Assembly (NCBI GenBank): GCA_000708835.1
Contig: DF237129.1
Coordinates: 62,001-126,000 of the forward strand
Length of the DNA: 64,000 bases
Direction: 5' to 3'
From: Klebsormidium nitens
Lineage: Eukaryota > Plantae > Klebsormidiophyceae
The notes under the pieces were generated by a model that was not told the origin of the DNA, ran no database searches, and saw nothing but the letters and a program-made list of their open reading frames with translations. This document shows positions 24,801 through 33,400 of this stretch, piece by piece. Made by a program: the position numbers and the translations under genes. Position 1 is the first letter of the stretch; each line of letters begins with the position of its first letter.

Positions 24801-26757
24801 CAAAAGCTGCAAGGGACACATTTCATTCCGTCATTCTCGTTCTCTTCTGCTCTCTCCCGCACTTCGTTTCTATCAAGATTGAAGAACTTTACTCTGCTAG
24901 CAGAAAGCAGTCTGGTAGGATACGACAGGCGTGACGTGAGGAGGAGAGAAAAGCCCGGAGACTGTCGTTGGACGAACTGAAGGTTGTCACAACATCAACT
25001 CCTCCACCTAAGTACACTGCTGCCTGGGTGTGTTTGGCCCCTCTTAGATGGCTGGTCAAACGGGACTTAAGGAAATACGGATTGGCTATCTGAATGTTGC
25101 AATGCTATTTGGTAGGTCGAGCTGTGCAACACACTACATTTCCACCTTGAATCACCACAGCAGCTGGCAAACCTACAAAGGTTCTTCAGCGCTTCTTCCA
25201 ACGTTCCTTGGTTTGCCCTGTGCCTTATTGTCACAACTGAGAAGCTGGAAACTGCTGGAAGGAGAGGCTTGCTAATCTATTTCACGTGTCTGCTTTGATT
25301 ACACTCGTCTTCTTGTTCACTGCCGAAAAGGGAAAGGGCCTTGTTACAGCATCTGCCCTTTCTCTTGCACCCAGTTCAGCAAGTCTTTGGAAAGATTTTT
25401 GTACAGTGCTTATTCGGCCCTAGTACGGTACTACTGTCAAGCGTTAGTTGACCTTTTTACAGGGCTCACCATCGAAGTAGGTCACGCCGTCTTGGCCAAT
25501 CAGGTGCGTGTTGATCTGGATGTTGGAGTCGCTGATCATGCAGAAAGACTCGCCAGGATAACCATGCCAGTCAAACTTCTCCCCCTGGAGGCCAGTCATG
25601 TGGGGATCTGCACAAGTGGCGAGGAGACTATGTATCGAGGACATGCCAGACTTTTCAAGATCCAAGGTTTGAGAAGGCTTGAAAGAAACCCTGCCTCCTC
25701 TGATTCAAGAAGCTCATAACTGTTCCCAGAAGCGGCTTACTGATTTGAAATACTCGGTCCAGTTCACCCGAAAGTCATCAAGGACCTTCTGCTTCTTTGT
25801 CAAAGTGTTGTCATGATCTGGGCAGACTTCAAGATCGGACGGGGGAGCACCATGGCATGCGGGGTGTTCTTGCCTTAATGTGGTTTTTTGACCACGGAGA
25901 TCTGACAAAGGGCTGGGGACCCATAAAAAGAACCTCTTGGGAAGGCATTGCATCGGCTTTAGTGTTGTCAGAACCTTAGGAAGGGCCTTATTGAAATACT
26001 TGACCAGAACCCACAGCATTTTGCCCTGCCTTGTCTGACCTTCCCTCCGCTTTCAACTTCGGCTTATACGAATATAAGCAGTGCCAGCAATGAAATTGAT
26101 CATAAGGCGTTAGGAGCCAGTGACATGCCAAAGCCCCATTGCCAGTCTCCTTGACATAAGGACCCATAGGCTTGTACTTGGCACTTGGCGGACTTCTACC
26201 TTCAAGAAATGCAGTCAAAGTTGCCCGGGGAGGATGGAAATTCTCCAGAGAAAATAGGAGCACATTTCTCTTGGGCGCATTCTGGCACATGATCACCGGA
26301 AAGCCTTCCTCTGTGCTGCGCTTCAGCAACTTATGACTGGAGAGCAATGTGACACGGAAAAAGCCTATATGAGCCAGAACTCAAGCAAGAGCACTTCTTG
26401 AAGGAGATTGAGTAAATTGGAGAATGCTCTGCGCCTGACGACACTGCTGCTCTGTGTTAATCAGGAAGGGATGTTCTTATGCCAAAGCAGCCTTGGCCAA
26501 AGATCGCTTCTTTCAGTGTTTAAACCAACAACTGAGTATCCAACCAACTATACCATTCAGACGAACATACACACGACGCAAACAACCATGAGCTCAGTAA
26601 GAAAAAGTAAATTTTGGAGTTGCTTCGTTGCCGTACCTCCGTTTCCTCCTATTGGAGGGAGGGGAGCTGCAAGCACGGGAGCCCCGCTAGACAGCAGCAC
26701 TGCTCCAAGGGCCACGAGCAACAGCTTCATTGGCAGCTGGCGGTGATAGAGCGCCAT
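21897..26757 (-). CDS. Secreted protein with C-terminal Root-cap (PF06830)-like / LEA-related region; exons 26757-26637, (unresolved ~26.3-25.7 kb), 25607-25470, 24806-24745, 24369-24132, 23681-23605, 22924-22856, 22118-21897
   Basis: Signal peptide MKLLLVALGAVLLSSGAPVLA. DPHMTGLQGEKFDWHGYPGESFCMISDSNIQINTHLIG resembles plant DPRF.GGDG..FYFHG...FCLVSD..L.INAHFIG. C-terminus EVHGVLGQTFQP..VEGSDDEYRTSSLLAPDCARSRF resembles V.GVLGQTY.P..V.GG..KY.TSSL...DC...F. The six 3' exons phase correctly. Confidence 0.8.
23112..23177 (+). repeat. Copy 2 of short CA-rich dispersed intronic element
   Basis: cctaacccaaaaac..cgctccgcaccc-acacac-accctaa-cccccc-aaccaa-cccacccgtc. Confidence 0.65.
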
Positions 26758-27629
26758 GGCTTTCTGACCCCGACCGCGACTATGCAGCTGTTGCAAATGG
26801 AGGACTGCTTGTCGGATCCAAGTGCCATGAGGAGTACTGCTACAAATTCAAGCTCAATCTACTAGTACCGTACCTATTTAACTTGGGTACAGTATGTAGC
26901 TGGTAGGTACAGTATAGGTTACTCTACAGACTACACGTACTGCTGGGACCTAGGTAGTGACGTAGTCCAAGAGTGACATCATGCATGATTCAGAACGATT
27001 GTTTCGGATACTATCGGGAGGAAAGAATCGTAAATAGAAGGAAGTGTGAATAAGAAAACTTGTGACAATACCTACAAGCAGTGTTTACCACGAAGTCGGG
27101 ATAGCCGGCTGCCCAGAGGGTCAGCCTTGAAACAGTCGGTTGGAAAGTTCTGTTGGTCGGTTTACCAGGGCGGACCACCTGGCTATTCCCTCGTCGGTTC
27201 CCCGTGCGCGAACCTTGCCATTAACAGAAAGCTGCCCTATACTTGGCCGAGTAGGAGAGCACTGATCAACCAGTTTTCCATGTGACACTTGAAACGAATG
27301 AAGGCAAGGTCCATATTAACTTGGGAAGGTTCCTGATTTACCTAGTTGAAGTTTCATGCAAGTTCTGTGAGAGTAAAGTAGTGTCGAAATGTAAAGAAAT
27401 GAAATACCGACCACTTGTAGCCTAGCCAGACGACTTAGAATTGGCCGGTTCAGCCGACCGACCATCCTCATTAATGATCTGCTTTCCTGCCGACCTGCGG
27501 CCGGCTACTTCGTTCTGAGTTGGTCACTCTTGAAATTGGTCGGTTCAACTCGGTTGCCACACCACTGCAAGTCGGTTCGTGGCAAACATTGAATCTGGAA
27601 TCACATGCGAGCTGAACCCCACCCCCCGC

Positions 27630-27845
27630 GCGACGCCCCCACCTGGCAAGGTCCGCGGCGAGCTCGCGAGGTGGGGCGTTCGCGAGGCTCAGGGCCAGCT
27701 CGCGACACCCCCACCGGGCGAAGTAAAGGGCAAGCTCGCGAGGTGGGGCCTTCGCGTAATCCAGGGCGAGCTCGCGAGACCCCCACCCCGCGAAGTCCAG
27801 GGCGAACTCGCGATCCAGGCGAGTTTCCAGGGCGAACTCGCGAAG
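27630..27845. repeat. 72-bp higher-order repeat built on GCGAGCTCGC-type palindromes with alternating GGTGGGG/CCCCACC
   Basis: Units start at 27657, 27729 and 27801 (GGCGAGCTCGCGA, GGCAAGCTCGCGA, GGCGAACTCGCGA). Each full unit contains a GGTGGGG and its reverse complement CCCCACC. Confidence 0.8.
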
Positions 27846-28203
27846 TTGTGCGATGGACCTGGAAACCTGGATTGGGCCGCGAATCCTGGTGCCATGTGGC
27901 GAGGCGAACCTGGACGGCCCTGTCGCGAGCTGACCTCATGCTGGCCGCTCAGGGCGAGCTCAACTTAGGCGCAGAGCGAAGTGCCACCTCAAATTTGGCG
28001 ACTTATGGTGAGGCAGACCTGCGCGAACTGACCAGTGGCGCCGCGCGGGGCGAGCCTCAGGGGCGGGCAAGCTTTGGCGCCCCACCGGGCGCACTACTCG
28101 CGGGCCCGGCACAGATCAGGTTGGGCCCATCTTTCTCAGGCGCAAGGCGAGCTCGCCTTGGTGCTTTTTTAAGGCTGGTCGCGAATCCATCTGAGTTGGA
28201 GTC

Positions 28204-28358
28204 GGGGCAAGTTCGCAGCTGGCGACTGGGGCAAGTTCGCAGCTGGCAGCTGGGGCAAGTTCGCAGCGAGTTCGCAGCTGGCGACTGAAGGGAGTTCGCA
28301 GCTGGCGACTGAAGGGATTTCGCAGCTTGCGACCGGAGCAGTTTCGTGGTTGGCGACC
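28204..28358. repeat. 24-bp tandem minisatellite, ~6-7 degenerate copies
   Basis: GGGGCAAGTTCGCAGCTGGCGACT at 28204 and 28228, a partial at 28252, then variants at ~28268, 28287, 28311 and 28335. Confidence 0.85.
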
Positions 28359-30460
28359 AGAGTACAGTCGCCGCCGCGACGGCGCCACGCCGCGACCTTA
28401 TTTTGGGCCTGATGTTCGCGAACTCAGGGGTAAGTTTGCAGGGGTTTCGCGAGATAGGGATTTGAGATGTCGCAGCAGAGGCTGGTGGTTCGCCTGTAGG
28501 CTGCCGACATACTAGATTTCGCGAATCGAGGGCACCGATTCGCTGCATAGGGATAGGTTGGAGCTGATTGGCTCAGTTCGCATCTTTTGATTCGCTGTCA
28601 GTATGTTCGATTCGCCCCGTCCCGTCCATGGCATTTCGCCCAGAGTTTGGTGCACTTGCAGTGCCCCTGCTCACTAGCGCCTAGCATCTATCCGCCTGAC
28701 TTTCGTTGGCAGACTATAGGGCGAGGTTCGCCTCAGCTGCAGGTAGGCAAGAGTAGGCCTCAGCTTCAGTGAGGGCGAGTTCGCCTAGTAGGTATTAGCA
28801 GACTTGATTGCAGTGACTTGACATTCGTATTCTTGACTAGGAGATTCGCGAGGTTCAATCGCGCAGCATCTGAGGCGCTCTCTGAGGCCTGTATTTCATG
28901 GCGCCCAGTTAGGGGCTTGCTGCCTTTGTCTTCTCCTCGCTCTCAGCGAACAGCATTGTGCCGCATGTTTCCAGGATGTTGTGTATTGCATGTATGACAT
29001 GTCTGTGTGAGGCACCAATCGCTGGATTCTCATCCAGGCGATTCAGGGCGGTATGGGACGCCCCTGAGTGTGTCTCGACTCAATTGAATGTTGAGGGGGG
29101 CTCGCTGCATTCATCACTGACTTCCGCTGCGTAGGCAACTTGCGAGAGAGCTGCGAGAATCTTGATTCTCGCGCTCTGCGAACAAGTGTGCTGCTGCTCT
29201 GCCCTTGCTGCGAGTTCTCGCCCAGGGTGGGGAACTCGCCAGTGGAGGGATTCTCTAGCTTGTACACTGATCTGGATACAAGCGGGGTCAATTATTGACG
29301 ACCGAGTATTCAAATTCAAGTCCCTTTCATACCGGTAGTACCGGTACCCGGTACCTAGGACTACCGTATACCGGTACGGTAGTTCCGGTTCACATGCGGA
29401 CTGTACCGTAGTTCCCGGACTTCACTACGGTCTTCGGTAGTTTCACTAGTGACTTGCAAGTTTAACTAATAGTCAACATTTAATCGAGAAGTATCGTGTA
29501 TAGGGGTCGTCCTATGCTCCTACTGTGTCCTACAGATCCCTAAACGAGCATACCGTACCGTAGTCCTATAGAAAACTACCATGTAAGCAACTCGAGCTTG
29601 GCGTATACGCCGGAATCTTAATACTTCTAGAGGCATCTGATCAGTCTTTCCATAACCTTCCGGGACGCCTGCACATGTGAACAGCTTTTAACAAATCACT
29701 GGAAATTGGCTCCGAGGAAGCTCAAAAGGTATACCATTGGTCCTCTTCTTGCACAGATGTGGCTAGTCGGTGCTTATATTTGATGCATACGTGCACGATG
29801 AGGGCAGGCCGCTCAGCATGCGCGTGAATTAGGCATGGTGCATTGTGACATGTGCATCATGTACTAAGGTAACACTGATGTGCATCTCATGCACTGAGCC
29901 GGAGGCTGCAGGCATGTACGGCATAAAGTTCAAACCATATGTCATGTCGCACAGTCAATATCAAATGAAGTTGAGGGTCGTAAGTGCACTCCCAATCCTG
30001 CACACTTTCAAACACGGCCAGCCGCGGAAATGATGCAATCTGAAACAATCAAACTAGCTATTAGGAATCGAGGGCCCCCTAACTCGTGACCGGCAGTGAC
30101 CGACAGTGAGCGATAACGGACGGTTCGTTTGCAGGCTGGCGCCGGCCCAAACACTGATATACAGACAATATGTTGGTCCCGACAACTTCGCCATGTCGGA
30201 TTGGAAACTCAAAGCGCAAACTCTGCCCACTTTACCGAGGTACGCGCTTGGTCCACCCTTGAAACAACCCCCAAACATGGGCTTTCCGTGCAGTCTTTTT
30301 GCGCGAGTCTGCCTTCTCCTAGATGCGTTGTGCACCCACAAGAACTCTCATCCTTCCGCCCGTCTTGTATGGCGGCATCTCTCGGCCTCGACATTCTTCG
30401 TCGCTATTACACACAAACACCAAGCAATCCGTTCCTCGAGATTTTTGACAAACCCTCCCG

Positions 30461-33400
30461 TTAAGTCTGCCCGCTAATCTCCGGCAAATCAATCTCCACC
30501 TCGACGCTGTCATCGTCCAGGTAGTCCGCCTCCGCCTCGGCAAGCCCCGCGAGCACTTTCCCCGTCTCGTCATACTCCAACTGCTTCACGTGCCCCCCAT
30601 ACTTCCGCATCCACACCCCCGACTCGATACAATACTTGAACGTCGGAAACGTCGTTACTAAAATCTGCGCGAGGCTCAGCCCGGGCTGCCCCCGGTCCGC
30701 GATCACGAGCCCTAGACTCTGGCAGATCTTGACACGTGGCCGCGTGCGGCCCTCCAGCGAGTACCCCACGGCCTGCGGGAACTCCAGAAAGATCTCGGGC
30801 GACAGCCCGAGTTCCTTGGTGAAATAAGCCAGCCCCTCGTCGAGCTTCTTGCTCGACATCTGGTACAGCGGCGAGTTGATCACGATCAGGTCCACGAGAT
30901 CCTCGTCGGGCCGCTCCAGCCCAACTTTTTTCAACGAGTCGCGCAGGCGCTTGACCTGGGAAGGGGGTTGGGGAAAATGTGAATAATCTCAGACGAGCTC
31001 AAGGCAATAACACCAGGTCGGAGCTCGACGACAGGTGTCGGCAAAACGAGCTCGATTGGAAACACACTGTCTCGATGAGCAGTGTTTTGATACCCACCGG
31101 TCTCGGCGCCGAATCGAAGTGGTCGGTACCGTTACTTAACGACCTGAACCGCGGTCTGTGTCATCGGCAGAGTTTCGGGGGGTTCAGAGTACCCGCCAAT
31201 ACTGCCCCTTCCGAGCAAGGAGTCAAGCAATTCGCTCAGCTAGCGGAACTTGCTCGATGGTCCACGAGCAGCAATATGTGATGCTCTTCAATTTAGGTGA
31301 AGTGAGCTCAAGGTATTGTAAGCTTCTGCCCTAACACCAAAAACCTAACCCTTAAAATCACACGCTCCGCACCCTTACCCACCCTAAACCCCCAAAGTAA
31401 CCCCACCCGTCGGCGCACTTTACCGAAATTGAAGTCTTATCGATATGCGATCCTATTCTCCCCACCCCCCCTCACCTGGCGCTCCAGGTGGCAGCAGACG
31501 ATCTTGGGGCGCGAGACGACGAGCGAGCGGAGCCAGTCCTTGCCGCGGCCCAGCTTCTGCATGTACGACAGCCGCCGGTCGCACGTCTCCACGGTGGTCA
31601 GGAACAGAAACAGGTTGCGCTGGAAGCACACCGGCATCTCCGCGTCGCTGATGCCGTACCTGGAAACAAGGTTATAGCCGGGTTAGAGACGGGTTTGAAG
31701 ATCCTTGTGGCCAGATCCACGGTAAAAATGCATGCGAATTGATCGAAGGTTGCGCTGGAAGGGCACCGGCAGCTCCGCATTGCTGACTGCCGTACCAAGA
31801 GAGCATGAGGGTGAAACGGGGGGTACAAGGGCCTGAGAGGTTCGTGGATGGTTTTGACAAGAATTGAGGGGGTGGAATGCATGTGGGTTTATTAAAGGTT
31901 ACGCTGGAAGCACAACAGTACCTAATCGACGCTGATGCTGTACCTGAGGAAGAGGATTACTTGGTCTGCAAGGCGCTGCATGAGGCCCAATTTGAGGAGA
32001 AGGGGCATCTTGGGTGGCGAGCCTAGGATTACAGAGGCAAGAAGAACCGGACGGGAAGGAACATGAAAGGACGTAACCGGACGTGGAGTTACTTATACAG
32101 GAGAATGATGCACTCCGCAGGCCGCTGCATGAGATTCATTCCGAGGAGCTAGGGCACATTGGTGGCGAGCTCAGAGTTTTCAAAACACAACGGAACGAAA
32201 AATGAAAGAACGGAACGGAATGAGCGCTCACTTGCGCAGGAGAATGACCTCCCCGCGAGCCGCTGCATGAGGTTCATTCTGAGGAGCCAGGGCACTCTCG
32301 TCGATAACACAGTTACAGTAGAATGGAACGGAACGGAACGGAACGGAACGGAACGAGACGAACAAAAGAGAAGGGACAAATCGGACGGAACAGAACGTGC
32401 ACTCACTTACGAAGGAGGCTGACGCGCTCCGCAAGCCGCTGCATGAGTTTCATTCCGAGGAATCAAGCACTTTCAACGGGAAGACAGATACAGTAGAAGG
32501 GAACGGAACGGAACGGAACGAAAGGGAACCAGAAAAAGCGTGCTCTCACTTGCGCAGGAGGATGATCCGCTCTGCGAGCCGCTGCCTGAGGTTCATTCCG
32601 AGGAGCCAGGGCACTTTGGTGGCGAACTCGAAATTTTGGAAATAAACGGAACGGAAAAGGGAAGAAAGGAATTATGAGCGCTCACTTGCGCAGGAGGATG
32701 ACGCGTCCGCCAGCCGCTGCATGAGGTTCATTCCGAGGAGCCAGGGCACATTGGTGGCGAACTCAGAATTTTGGAAACAGAACGGAACGGAAAAGTGAAA
32801 ATACGAACTCACTTGCGCAGGAGGATGACCCGCTCCGCGAGCCGCTGCATGAGGTTCATCCCGAGGAGCCAGGGCACCTTCGTGGCGAACTCGGGCTCGG
32901 CGAGGCCGAACGCCTGCAGCACCCTGATATTGTCTGCAATGCGCTGGAGCGGGTTGTTGAAGATGGATGGGTTCCTGCAAGGGGGGGAATTTGCTTAAGT
33001 TGTCCCCCCGACTTATGAAAGGGAATAGGGAGCGCCTTGGATACGAAACGCATCCGTTCAAAAAGGTTCCATGCGAGCACGCTGGAATGCGTTCTTGGTT
33101 TTGGAACTGAAAGATTGATGATAGGGACGGCTTGCTTTCAGTCCACAAAATCAGCAGGCCAGGGCTATCATCTGCGCTGAAGAAGCAGACACCTGACCAC
33201 TTTCGCCGACAAGGATTGGAAGTGAGAGGAACGCCAAAGAGAGTAGGGAGAAACAACGGCGACAGGACTTCTGCATCTGCAGTACGCTGAAGCTGAGAGT
33301 TCAGGAAGCATCGCCTCAGGCGGAAAGAGAAATTGGAAAAGCAGAGGATTGGCCGGCGAAAAACAACCGCGACTCACTTGAAGACGAGCTTGATCATGCT

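Larger units (their letters stand above)
26860..29580. mobile_element. Putative non-autonomous transposon or repeat-derived block
   Basis: No spliceable gene. Internal arrays of a shared GGCGAGYTCGC motif, perfect hairpins at 29017-29043 and 29147-29177, and TAC/GTA-rich palindromic tracts at both ends. No clear TIR or TSD found. Confidence 0.3.

Noticed and set aside
101-26757. Functional cell-wall glycoprotein cluster (FucT, P4H, Root-cap protein)
   Set aside because: The genes are interleaved with unrelated ones and secretory-pathway genes are common. No evidence of co-regulation.
27579-28548. Long overlapping ORFs with peptide repeats (227 aa +, 163 aa -, 129 aa +)
   Set aside because: Open frames are explained by GC-rich repeats with periods divisible by 3. 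No recognisable domain or convincing splice context, so not listed as CDS.
31329-31392. Interstitial telomere array
   Set aside because: Only isolated CCCTAA/CCCTAAA words, not tandem; treated as part of the dispersed element.
32088-32913. CRISPR-like repeat/spacer appearance
   Set aside because: The repeats are ~85-nt copies of a host exon, the spacers are related TTCCG-rich sequences rather than unique, the context is eukaryotic, and no cas genes are present.
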